A stretch of 62,375 nucleotides of DNA, counting the filler, from Aduncisulcus paluster (Eukaryota): the NCBI GenBank assembly GCA_024181965.1. It is 5 parts of 5 records of this genome, joined end to end, with 100 filler letters (N's around TTAATTAATTAA, not from the genome) between each part and the next. Parts side by side here need not be neighbours in the genome. Positions count along the whole stretch, not along the records: positions 1 to 25,374 come from BQXS01009964.1; 4 more parts are not named here. The stretch is one strand, 5' to 3'. The translations under genes were made by a program, and so were the position numbers. Shown in pieces: positions 11,310 to 22,914 of the stretch. The first letter of the stretch is position 1. Each line of letters starts with the position of its first letter. Under the pieces are notes generated by a model. The model had not been told where the DNA came from. It did not search any database and saw nothing but the letters and a program-made list of their open reading frames with translations.

Positions 11310-11495
11310 TCAAGCTTAGATTTAATTCCTGTTCTAAAGGACAGCGCAGATACTGAGCAGAAGTGGGGTCAATGTTCCTTGCCCCCGAGAAAGATAATTC
11401 TGGAATTCAGCAACGAACTGGGACCAAGACTCGGTCGTGACCTGATCGAGAAAAGGCCTTACAATTTCCTCGGAATAAAGACGCTTTGAGTTCAT
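11310..11495 (-). pseudogene. Gag-like N-terminal fragment
   Basis: MNSKRLYSEEIVRPFLDQVTTESWSQFVAEFQNYLSRG, same family as 1-489. Confidence 0.5.
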
Positions 11496-13385
11496 ATAAT
11501 AATCGTTCAATAATATTATTGTTGAATACTTTTGAAAGCAATCAAATTTATTAAAAATAAAACATGTGTAGACTCTGATCTAAAATTGAATCTTCTGATT
11601 GTTTATCTTCGTTAAGCTGTGACTTTTTGATGCAACAGAGATAAATGATGAAGAACATGATGATCAACAACTACAGGACAATAATACCCACTAAAATCCA
11701 TTGGAGGGGGAAATTAAGGATTTCATCAATGGAGGAAGAAGTTGACCATAATAATATCCACAAGAAACATCTAAATCGTCAATCTCAACAACATAGATCA
11801 TATCTTGTTTCCTTTCACAGACGCTACATTGAACAGCATTTGAAACAACCGCCTTCACACAAATGTTACTCGCCCTATCCAAATAGAAACCATTCCAGCA
11901 ACTAAATTAATAGGAGCCATAAGTTTTCTTTCTGCATGTTTTGTGTTCATAGGATTTGACCATCAAAATTTTTGAAAGACATACATTATGTTCTTATTGA
12001 TTGGTTGAGGCTACGCGTGTAAAATATCTTTTAATTTAGAGAACTTCGGATGTAGTCTATTGCGACTCCTTCACATTTTCCGACTATTTTTTCCATAATC
12101 CTCGAAAATGTGACGGGGCTGTCATTATCTCGAATGGCATTACATTCCATCGGAACACCCCATGGTACGGCAAAGGGGGGTGTGATGTTCCTTATCTGTA
12201 TTCCGAAATCTTCCGTTTCGATGTTATTATATCATCAAAGGCTTGAGGATCGAAGAGGGAACATAGAACATATTATCAAAGGCTTGAGAATCGCCATCAT
12301 CACAAAAAAAATCCTCTTCGCCGGCTTCTTCAAAGTATTCAAGTGAAAAGTTGTCTAATATGTCGGATGAAATCACTTCTTCTTCTATTGGTTGAATAAG
12401 AAGGATTCGCTTCTCGATTGGAAGATACATCAAATATCGACATTCCCAGAGGATATCCTAAAAAGTATCAAGAGTTATGGCTGGAGTAATAGTGTTACCA
12501 TGTTCAATCACTACTGTAGTGATCAATAGTATTAATGGACTACTATATCCGCATGTGAAATCCGTTGGCTTATTGAACCTTTTATAGGTGGCTTTATGAA
12601 GATTACCAAACGAACATCGACAATTTTGGCACACTATGCGTATCTTTTCTTTATCAAGTTGAAAGGGAAATGTATCTATGACTTCTCATGAGATTCGTGA
12701 CAAAATCACTTTGAAGATGATCTCTTTGGTGATCACTTCAGCTGAGTGAAAAATGTTAAATCTGTGGATAAAACCGCGAAACCTGTGGTGAACACCATGA
12801 AATCTGTGGACACTGTGCATAGTGTGAAGCAGAATGTGAGTTCGGTGTCCAGCGTGAATCCGGGAGGCTCCGTGTCCAGAGTGAGACCTGAGAGCTCAGT
12901 GAGTGGTGGAAGCCAGCCTGTGAAAGAAAAAGAGACTGTATAGGACGAAGAGGAGGACAGTGAAAGCTCTACAAACAGAATTGGGCGCCTCCTGCGTGAC
13001 CCTAATCTTTCTGATGAAGATCGTATAGACTATTTCTTTCTGGGTAGTGAGTATGAAGCTGAGAAGGAAAGAATCGACTGTGAACGGAGTGAACATGTAT
13101 GGAAAGTGGTGGCTAAGAAAGAGGTAAGATATCAAGAAAAGGAAGCAAGTTTAATCCCAGTGAAGCCCAAAGAAGTGCCTGAAACCGTGATCGCCCCTAA
13201 GGTGAAAGCTTTGGTGGAAGAAGAAAGAACTAGAGCTGCCTTTGAAGTGATGGTGAAGATCTAACTGTGAAACTGGATGAAAAATTGAAAGGTGTGGAAC
13301 ATGTAACTGATGAAGACAGAGAACGTTTCGGAAACTCCATTGCAGGAGTAAAAGAAACTAAATGTTATTTTGATGTATCATTTCC

Positions 13386-13630
13386 ATGTTGTTAGTGGTC
13401 AGTGATTTATTCAGTGGCTTCAAGCCATCCAAGTTGGATGAATATCCTGCAAACGTTGGGAAGTTCAGAATTGAGCTTAGTGATCCTGACGTGGTGGTGA
13501 GTGAACCTTTCCGAAGGATCAGACGTGATTGGTCCCAGGAAATATATGAACAACTTATCGACATGGAACGAAAGAAAGTGATTCGTCCCAGTACGACTGA
13601 GTTTCATTGTGCAACCGTGATAGTGCCCAA
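13386..13630 (+). pseudogene. Ty3/gypsy reverse transcriptase N-terminal fragment
   Basis: FRIEL...EPFRRI...LIDMERKKVIRPSTTEFHCATVIVPK matches the gypsy pre-RT I-x-P-S-x-S...V-x-K motif. Confidence 0.75.
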
Positions 13631-14147
13631 GACTATACACACTATCAAGTTCCTCAGTTTCAATATAGAGAAAATCATGATTGAGCAGTAATTCCAGGCC
13701 AGTTATTAAGTAAGGAAGACCGACAACAAGAGAATTTCAGACATATGTCTTCGTAGAGGACTTGCTCTTTGGCAGACTACTTAATTTAGTTTCACTTGGT
13801 AGTTTCTCCTTAATTTCTTGGACTTTGATGTCTTTCTTTCCCGCATCTGACTACAGATTCCTCAACGCTTGCTGCAGGACATTCTCCGAAAGAATCATTC
13901 TTCATATGATGAGTCATCAAAAGGTTGAATTCTTCTCTCCAAATGAGAAAATTCCAATTCCAGGATTTTCACTCTCTCCTTTGCAACAAGAGGCTTCTTT
14001 TTTTCTGTCAACTGAATTGCTTTCCACTCCATTTTTTCTGTTTCTAGGCTTTGAATAATGTATTTACACATCATTTCTGGGAGTAACTCCTTCGAGGAAG
14101 AGTCTTCTTCATCTTTTTCTTTGCTTCTTTCTTTTTCTTCCCCACCT

Positions 14148-14230
14148 TGTTGACTGGTTACAATTTACTAAATAAACGAAAAGGCTTGTGTTCTATAATT
14201 AGAACATCCTGAGAAGGTGACACTTCCCCC
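14148..14230 (-). repeat. Short 3' LTR-like repeat with adjacent polypurine tract
   Basis: On the minus strand GGGGGAAG directly precedes TGTCACC...GTCAACA (75 bp). Confidence 0.5.
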
Positions 14231-14375
14231 TAGAACCAAGCATATCGTTGTTTTTCCCTTTCTTTCTCGAATTTCTAAAAATAGACATTCATTCAGAAGC
14301 TTTCGGAATCATTTTAATTGATTATTTTCGTAATTAAAATTAAAATGATATATATAGAGGTAATTCTATACTGTA

Positions 14376-14960
14376 CTAGTAAAAAGATTTTCGGTCCTTA
14401 TACTCAACCGTTGCTCCTACTGAGAATTGTTGAATTGTAGCATCTACGATCAGTTTCACTTCTGGAAAATGTGTTGCAGGAGGAAGTTCCTCGATTGGAG
14501 GTTCAATTAATAAAGTTGGAGTCACATTTCTCTCCAATGTGACAATTCCATGCCATACATTTGTGCCGAATGCGGCCGTTTTAAGCATGGAATACGTACT
14601 CAGATCTTTCAAGGTATGGCCTGATCTTAGGACTCTTAAACTGCAGTAAGATGTCTCTAGGTGTCATTTTCGCTTTTATACATGTTCCATATCATGTAAA
14701 TACAAAGATTCAATATACCGAAATTGACGCTTTGTTAAACCTGAGAAAGATTTAAAATCAGCATTAGATGACCTAAAAACTTCGCGAATAAAGGGATCAT
14801 TACACCCATGTCTGTCAGATGGTGCAGAAATATCACCAACTTCGGTTTCTAATAATGAGGGTGGTTGGGATAAAAATTCTTCTTCTAAAGCATCGTTTTC
14901 ATCAATATCCCTTTCTATCATTTCGCTAAATCTCCTTCTCATTCCTGTATTGCTGTCCAA
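14376..14960 (-). pseudogene. ISL2EU/Harbinger (IS5-like, DDE_Tnp_4) transposase fragment
   Basis: DFKSFSGLTKRQF (HTH_Tnp_4-like) and HFPEVKLIVDATIQQF...KSFY (first catalytic Asp region). Confidence 0.7.
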
Positions 14961-15289
14961 TTAAGCTTGATATGTGGCTAGATCCATTACACCCTCATCA
15001 CCCCTGCTCGCCGTCATCGGTTACAGAGGGTTCAGACATGTTAGACCTCCCACCTTAGCCCTCGTGGGGCTAATGGACAGTACAGCTGACTCGAAAGTGT
15101 GAGAATTCTGAGATGAAACTGACATACTGCTGGAGTCTATTGTATCCTCGTATCGGTTCGAGCCGGCAACCGTCCATCATAAGAGTAAATTGTGTCACCA
15201 TAGCCGTATTCCCCCTGGGAATCTAACAGAGTCAAAGTGCAGGGAGAGTTCGATGGAGTAGTAATACGTTTATTATGGTGTTAACCAGT

Positions 15290-15427
15290 CATAATGGCCT
15301 AAGGCTATTGCCTATGCAGCGGGATTGATACCTTTCGGTACTAACATTCGAGAGGAGAGAGCATTCTTCCTGTCATTTCACCCCAGATCGCTTTCACTCA
15401 ATGAGTTCATGCCTTGGGGGTAGACAG
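15290..15427 (-). ncRNA. Conserved structured RNA motif, copy 1 (class unknown)
   Basis: Homologous to 22774-22914 with compensatory changes in hairpins; TACC-GAAA-GGTA tetraloop on the minus strand. Confidence 0.45.
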
Positions 15428-15728
15428 TTGGAAATAGATCTCCTTGGCTAGAATTTGGTTGTATTAAACTTTCGATACAATTTCCTTGAGCAAGTCTGAA
15501 CTTTCTAGAAGGAATTGATATAATAGTTTGGGGGACATCATTTTAAGACCGTTACTTATGAAATAACTGCTGGAAAAGGTGAAATTGCCTTTATATTTGA
15601 AACTGTTATTTTTGTGCTCATGCAAGTAAGAGAAGTAACATCTGTTGACAAGGAAGTAAGAGAAGTAATAACAGTGTAAGGGAATCGAGTTTGGTGGAAA
15701 ATAGAAAGAATACTATTCTGACTAGTAG

Positions 15729-16373
15729 CAAGGCTCGAACATGTGTCACCAAAAAAATGGCTTCGGTGGCGCCCGTGTCGCCACAAAATCATAAAATGTG
15801 TCACCGTGTGTCCCTGAGTAGTAAAACTAATATTTGACCTTCTAAATTTATTATTATTTCAAATTAAATCCGCCCATAGATAAGATAAAAACATGTTCTT
15901 CACTTAAGCATCTTCTTAGATAAGTATATACTCTTTTAAAGGCCGAAAAAAATCTCTCAACGTCAGCTCCAGAGAATGGAATTGCAGCAACTTTCATTCC
16001 AACACACTTAAACTCATCAAACGATGTTTTCTCCCAGAAGTCTTGATGATGTTATGTCCTCTAAGAATTCTGATTGATTTTAATTTTTTTATAGGTTCGT
16101 TCCTTCTGGGATGGAGTGATAAAATCGCTATCATCAATTTTAAGTTTGAAAATTTTAACGAAATATTCCATTATAAAATGAACAATATTACGCATTATAT
16201 ATTTTTGTTTCCAAGATAACTACCATAATTTACAAAATTGATGCTGATTTCCAACAAAATGTATGAAATTTATTTTTAAAAAAGTGTTGTTTGGTGACGC
16301 CCGTGACACCAAATTTCAAATTTGGCTCCTGGTGACGCCCGTGTCGCCGATGGCGACACATGTTCGAGCCTTG
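15729..16373 (-). mobile_element. Non-autonomous hAT DNA transposon (645 bp)
   Basis: 19-bp perfect TIR caaggctcgaacatgtgtc, 8-bp TSD ACTAGTAG (15721-15728 and 16374-16381), subterminal gtgacgcccgtgtcgcc repeats, and an internal hAT dimerisation remnant FWEK...IPFSGADVERFFSAFK. Confidence 0.93.
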
Positions 16374-16467
16374 ACTAGTAGTCATTTTGATTTTATTTGA
16401 AATAGTAAATTTGGCCCCTTTCAGAAGTGAAAGTATTAAAATAATATTATTATATCGAATTTTTTTT

Positions 16468-16956
16468 CTAAAAATAATTTATTGAACTAGACCATGGCAA
16501 ACTTTGCCGTTCGCTGAGTTCTTCAAATTTGGCAATGTAGTTTAGGACCGTTTGGCGCTCTACAGATTCTAAGCGACCTAACTTCACATAAGGGTCTTCG
16601 GTGGGCACGATAGGAGCAAGACTTTGGAGCGTAGGAGACGTAACTGGGTTGAGTTGGCTTGAGTCAATGTCGGATGTTTTCCTTTCAGCATCATGTGACA
16701 CTTTTTCGGCACCCTCATCCTCGACTGTGGTGCGAGGATTTTCCTTAGAAGTAGATTTCTTAGCCTTTGGAGCGGAATCTGGAACATCCCTTTCGGTGAT
16801 TTTGGAATCATCAACAATTTCAGCTTTTTCCGTTTTAGTAGCAGTGATTTTGTTTCCAGTATCAGTAGGTTCTACTGAATCTTGCTTTTTAAGGACAGAT
16901 TTTCCCTCTTTAGAGCGTTTGGCGGTTTTGGCGCTTTTAGTTGTTTTGGCACACAT
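16468..16956 (-). pseudogene. Gag-like N-terminal fragment
   Basis: Basic low-complexity N-terminus ending in SVERQTVLNYIAKFEELS, a gag-like Y...FEEL helix. Confidence 0.35.
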
Positions 16957-17083
16957 AATTCAATAAAAACTTCACGTTTCAAGGTCTTTGTTACAAAATA
17001 ATTATTTTGTGGCGATCTCTATGGAGATGATGCATACAAATTTACTCAATAAAATCTAGGCTACCGCATTATTGAACTAGACC

Positions 17084-17943
17084 ATGGCAAAGAAACGTAA
17101 GGCGAAGAGTGAAGCCAAAAAGAAGCTTCGCGAGAAATCTTCAGGAATCTCAAGCATGACAGCGAATGTAGGAACGCCAGTAACCCCAATAAGAAGGGAA
17201 GTTACACTTGAAATGGAACCCGTTACTTATCCCACCCCACCAAAAACATTGGATCAATCTGAGAGCATAGTTGCATGCTGAGCATTCAGACTCAAATTGG
17301 CACGATTTCAAGGAGGATGGAAGATATGGAAGGGAAATACGAAAAAATGGAATTAAAGTTAATGGAAGCAAAAAAAGAGGGAGCCTATCGCCAATAAGAT
17401 GGTTGTAAAGACATCTTCTGTGGGTGAAAGCTCTGAAGGATTGGTGAATTGCAAGAAAGAAACAAGTGCGAAGACGTCAACGTCACATCTGCGAAAAAGA
17501 CCAATGGAACTCAGCGAAATCTCTGAATCTAATGATGAAAACTCGGATGTTGAATTTAAATCAACAAAAAGTCCACAAAATGTTGACATTGGATCAGGAC
17601 ACCCAGTTGTGACTCAATCGTCCAGGAAAATGAAAGATTTATCGAATCAGACCAAAGCATTATCATTCAGTTAATGCCTGTCGAAAGTCCACCCGTTTTA
17701 GACGCTTTTCTAAAAGAAGACTACAAAACATTTATTCGACTGTTTAAAGAGTACAAAAGACGCAGAGGGAGACTTCAGTTATCAGCTTGCATATCCGAAG
17801 CCGTAGCGTTCAGCGTAGCGGCGATAACTGGTGAGGTTAAGCCCTCGAAAGAGGTGGTCGCTGACATTAATGGATATGTACAGGGAGTTTTAGTACTCAT
17901 TTGGTACAAAAATGGTCAAAATGAGGAATTAAAAAAAAAGTAA
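17084..17943 (+). pseudogene. Degenerate gag-like ORF
   Basis: Broken basic/Ser-rich ORFs leading to PPVLDAFLKEDYKTFIRLFKEYKRRRG, same family as 1-489. Confidence 0.5.
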
Positions 17944-18061
17944 ATCTATTTTTAGAAATATATCGGCCAGCCGCATATGAGAGGGCAACCATCTACCACT
18001 GAACTATGGAGATCCACAAAAATATAGGTTTGAAAAAAATGTATTGAAAAAAATATCGACA

Positions 18062-18220
18062 AATTGTTGCTTTATTTCGAAATAACTATTTTAGGAAATG
18101 ACCAAAATGAGATCAAATTTGGTCGGGAAAATCAGATCAAAGTTTGATTCACTTTTAGTCCGGAATAAAAAAAGGATCAAATCTGATCATTAATTTTGGT
18201 CCATTTTACTCTTGGATCAT
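18062..18220. repeat. Dispersed repeat rich in GATCAAA/TTTGGTC motifs, copy 1
   Basis: Aligns by eye with 25962-26128. Confidence 0.75.
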
Positions 18221-18304
18221 TAAGGAAGAGAGTGGTAAATATTAACTGGATCCCTTGCCTTCAAGCTCTCCGTCGTTTGAGCTTATCATTGATCAAACAA
18301 GGAG

Positions 18305-18987
18305 ATGTATACCTCATCAAAGGAACAGGATGGACTGCTTCAACAACAAATATCAATTCGAGACTACGGCAGTTTAAGGCGGCTTGGAGTGCGCACACTG
18401 CAACAGGTAGAGCAGCTCCATATTACAAAAACAACTCAATATGTAGACCACTTCTCTCTACATTCCCACAATTCGGCGATTAGGGTTCATCTTATAACCA
18501 ATCATACTATAAGTATGTCTGTATGCCCGCTATGTCATCAGGATAACACCCAAACACATGTATTTGGCGGATGTAGAGAGATGATGAACATCTATACCAC
18601 GCGTCATCATGAAATCAGGAAGTTCATTGCGGAATTCATCCGGATCAAGCTCCAAACAGCGGTTCGAGAGGAAGTTATCGAAGGCCATCTGAGATACGAT
18701 ATTCTGGTTGGAGAGGGTGAAGCGACCAAATGGTTGGATATAACAGTCACATATGAGGACGCTCGCCTTCACTCCATAGAAAAGAGACTATCGGAGAAGA
18801 AAGAGAAATACGGTGACAATGGTTGTGTGCAGTAGTAATCGGACATTCAGGAGTCATGGCGCAGCCATCATCTGACTTCATTCGCTCTCTGGGCTTGTCA
18901 ATGAAGAATCTGAGGCAATTTGAATTCAGAGTTGGATGCATAGTCTTAAATTATGCAAAAAAGCTCTTAGGCTTCCAAAAAAGATGA
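18305..18987 (+). pseudogene. C-terminus of an RLE-type non-LTR retrotransposon ORF (CCHC plus restriction-like endonuclease)
   Basis: CPLCHQDNTQTHVFGGC, RHHEI, LRYDILV, WLDITV, KKEKY; continues after a frameshift as VVIGHSG...FQKR*. Confidence 0.85.
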
Positions 18988-19946
18988 TCAATACAAAATG
19001 AAAATCGGATCACGGTTGAATTTATCCGGTGAAGATTACAATGGTACTATTGAAAAAGAAAATTTTAAATTATCTTGTCTCTTAGAATGCCAGAATCATC
19101 AATTTCAAGGTTAATTTTGTTCGCAAAAAGAAGGATCGTCCACAGAAAATATTTTCAGAGCTCAAACTCATCAATTATTAAGAAAAGTGCTAACCATGCC
19201 TAAAGAGCCAAACCCTATCCGAATCTGCGTGTGAAAGGTAGGCGAAGCGGCTCTATAGACTTGGCCAACACCACTATACATTATTTGAAACGATTACGTC
19301 CGCCGAAAGAGCACAAACTCCTGGCTCTTATTGTTTGGCGCAAGCCTCAAATAAAGACTATAATACTATACTGTACTCTCTATAACAATTTAAACGGAAT
19401 TAATATCATTTAAATGCAAGATATAAACTCGAGAAAAACGAAAGTACAGTATATTAGTAAGAAGTTTATTAAGATGTTATTGGTTAATCCACCATAAACT
19501 CCCTAGGGAAAATTCCCCTGGGGTGGGTTTGGTCCTGCCTGGACATTCTGTGGAGGCTTTGCTTCCTTTTTATCACATTTCCTCGCCTCGTCTCACCGTC
19601 GCATTCTTGTTCATAGGGAGATAGAGGGTTATTGATGACAATTAAAGGGCTTAGCGTTTCATCTGCCATCTCTCAGTGGAAAGGGCCATCATTGTGCTCG
19701 AGATTCAGAAAGTTGTCATTTTGGTTGAAGTGTCTCTATGACAATCTGTGACATTCAAAAACGAGAGAACTCTGTTTGGTTTCATCTGCAGTAGTGTTTA
19801 CTCTGATAGCTGCCTATCTGAGCAATGAGATTCGAGAGATAAATACTACTTTCAGGGATGTATTGAAGTGATGAAGAAGAAGAGGTATGTCCATTAAGTT
19901 AAGATAGTACAATATAGTACATTAGATTCCTTGGTATCTCATCAGC

Positions 19947-20400
19947 TTAGGGATCCATTTTAAACAAATAGCGCATAATTAGTGCCGTTAGGGCCTTACT
20001 TATATCATGGTGTTGCTGCCTATAGAGGGGCATGAGGGCATCACCCCCCCCAAGGACGTGGTTTTGGGAGTTTGTTCCGTGGCATAGTGGACAGTTCGTC
20101 GGTGTCGTTGGTCTGGCTGTTAACATGTGTATTCTCGTGGACATAAAGCTCGGAAAAGCATGGAAAAGTCGCTGACTAATCGGCGATTCCTTGAAGTATG
20201 GTGCTTCCTGGCCGGTCCATTCATGTGCCGCCCATGCAGCCAGTGTACTCTTTCTTCTGTGTGTTTCCAGAGCGATAGTGTCCTTAACAGTTTTTAATTC
20301 TTCCCATGTGTTTTCACTTTCATCGTATCCAAGCCATTTGACGAAAAATTCCAGATTCTTCTTTGTCTCTCCACGATGATTTTTAATATACTCTATACGA
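19947..20400 (-). pseudogene. Second RLE non-LTR retrotransposon fragment
   Basis: STRIHML...CPLCHGTNSQNHVLGG...QHHDISK, paralogous to 18305-18987. Confidence 0.75.
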
Positions 20401-20412
20401 TATTCTCCCTCA

Positions 20413-21060
20413 CTAGAGGCAGCTATATCTCTCTAATTCTTCTAAAGAATGGCTTCCTTTGACTGGGACTAATCGTTTGATATGCACCTTCAGTGTTTTA
20501 TCATCGTCGATCAGTGATCTGATTTCGACCCTATTGCATTTCAGTGGATCCACCACCTTAAAGGGGCTTCTCATTCTTGCAGATAGTTTTGAAGCTTTTT
20601 TGTGAGGCAATAACCATACAAATTGATCTTTTTCTACTGAATCCATTATCAATTCCTTCTTAACTTCCTCTTGAATTCTTTTGGCTTGTTTTGCCAAATA
20701 AACCAATAAATCTCTATGCTCTTTCATGAAAACAGCCGCATTCTCCTTTGATTTCTTCGATCCTAAATGAACTTCCAGCTCTTCGACATTGTTCGTAAAC
20801 AAATCGAATAATTTAGTGGGATCTCTCGCGAACACCATTTCAAAGGGTGTGAATCCCGTAGCGGAACACTGCTGAGTATTCATCAAAAACTGTATTTGAG
20901 GCAAAACTAAGTCCCAATCATATGGACCGGTTCCATTAGCCAGCATAGCTCGGAGGAACTTTAATAACTCTCTGTTGGATCTTTCCACAATGCCATTCGA
21001 TTGTGGGTTGTGAGATATAATCCTATGGTGTTTTACCCCTAAACAGTGGTTGAGATTCGC
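20413..21060 (-). pseudogene. LTR retrotransposon integrase (rve core C-half and GPY/F region)
   Basis: HNPQSNGIVERSNRELLKFL, WDLVLPQIQFLMNT...ATGFTPFEMVF, KLSARMRSPFKV. Confidence 0.9.
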
Positions 21061-22045
21061 TGTTGTCATCTTTTTCAACGAGTGAGGCTCCAACTGATTC
21101 ATGAGAGGTCTGACTTGTATATTCCTGAGAGTATTCATCGAAGTACGAATATTGGGATGATGCAGTTTCTGAAGAAGATGTAGTTTCTCGCGTTGTATCG
21201 GAGGAGCTGTGGGAGGTCACTGGTGTGCTGTCAGGTGTGTGTAAAGATTGCTGGAGTTCAACATTGATGGTTCTTGACTGAGTTGGGTGCCAGGTTGAGG
21301 GGGAACTTGCCTGGGTGGTTGGATGTCTGATACGGATTGGGGTAGATGGAGATCTAGCTTGAATAGAAACTGCTGTTCGACCCTCGGCTTGATGTAGGGT
21401 TGACACTATGAGTGGGAGAGCTGGTGATTCTGGGGGAGAGAGAGAGATCGTTGCCTTCGTGTATTACACTCCTGGGGTGAAGTGCTAGGTTGTGATGATT
21501 GCAAGCGTATTTCCGTTGTCGGCCTTCTGGGTGCCGATAGTTCAGATAGGGAGGAATCACGTCGACTTATCTGGGTGGATGAAGTTGACGGGACAAGGGA
21601 TCGTCCAGAGGTTGTTACGGCTGTCGCTTCACTGTCATCTTGTGGTGACGAGTGGAAGACTGTCCTGTTTTCTCGGATGAATGCTCGCATTGATTGTGGT
21701 AGACGGCTGAGGTCCGTTCTCGTAACATAACCGATGTGGGAGACATGATGGGTAGTGTTTGTCGGACAAACTTTGTCCCTTGTGAGTGATGAGCTTCTGG
21801 TGTCCGTAGATTATATCTCGGCAGGTGTCGCATTTATACTTGGCGATGCAGATCCTTGTGCATTTGCATTTCTTCTTTCTTGAATGCATTCGAAAGTTGA
21901 TAAATCCTTCCCAATAACTGCCACAGGAGCAAATAATTTCATCTGTGATCGTCGGTTCAGTCGACATGAGATGTCTGTAAGCAAAATTGCAAACAGAAAT
22001 TAAAAGAAGTTTGGTGGATGTATTTCTTACAAATAATTCATACAT
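21061..22045 (-). pseudogene. Zinc-finger plus Ser/Thr/Pro-rich N-terminal region, probably of a non-LTR retrotransposon
   Basis: CSCG...MH and CDTC...ITH zinc-finger-like motifs followed by frameshifted low-complexity ORFs. Confidence 0.4.
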
Positions 22046-22773
22046 TACATTTAAGGAGTACAGAAATTCTAATATTCGAATTATCAGCCCAGCAGGAGTT
22101 AACTTAGGGAATACTTGATTAAATTCTGATCAGAGCAAATGAACATTATATATAAAAGAAATAGGTAAAATTAAGTTATTAATTTGATCTTAAAGTTAAT
22201 TTAAGGTTTGAACGCATTGAAATAATAGTGTATAAGACTTTTCATTGTCACAATGAAAAGAGTGAATATGTCGGAGGTACAAACCATATAATCTTGTAAT
22301 TCATAACGATTATATGATAGGGATCTTAAATATCTCTATTCTAAAAAAGACAAAAAGTATAGTGAAAGACAAAGAGTATACTTCATATCTGACCTTGATC
22401 CTTCGTCTCACATCGAAGAAGAAATTTAAAATAAATAGCGATAAATTAGGATTTTATTGAACTTTGCCCCTAAATAATCCTTTTATCAAGGAGATAGTCC
22501 CCTGCACCAATGGATACAATTATCAAAAAAATAAAAAATACGTATATTCTAACTTTAAGTCCCTTTTATTTATTTGTTACAAACAAATTACGAGTAGTAA
22601 TTCATAATTCTACACATGATTCAGCCCGCCATTTCCAATTTGAGTATTTTTTCCCTTTTTGTTTACATTATAATAATTGTTGTATGTTAACTTTACGATT
22701 TTATATTTTTTTGTTCTTTACTAAAGAACTACTATAGTATAGTAGGGATACATTTATTGAGGTTTTACCCGTT

Positions 22774-22914
22774 CATAACGGCCTAGGGCTTATGCCCCTG
22801 CGGCAGGACCAATGCATAACTGCACACGCTTCGTCCCAATATCAGTCTACTTAATACCTTTCGCCCCAGATCGCCGTCGCTAAAGAGCACAAAGGGTCCT
22901 TGAGGGTAGGTGTT
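22774..22914 (-). ncRNA. Conserved structured RNA motif, copy 2 (class unknown)
   Basis: Shares cataaYggcctaRggct...tttcRccccagatcgc...gggtag with 15290-15427. Confidence 0.45.

Noticed and set aside
22774-22914. Hammerhead ribozyme (UA...CGAAA geometry)
   Set aside because: The required CUGANGA core is absent, so it is kept only as an unclassified structured motif.
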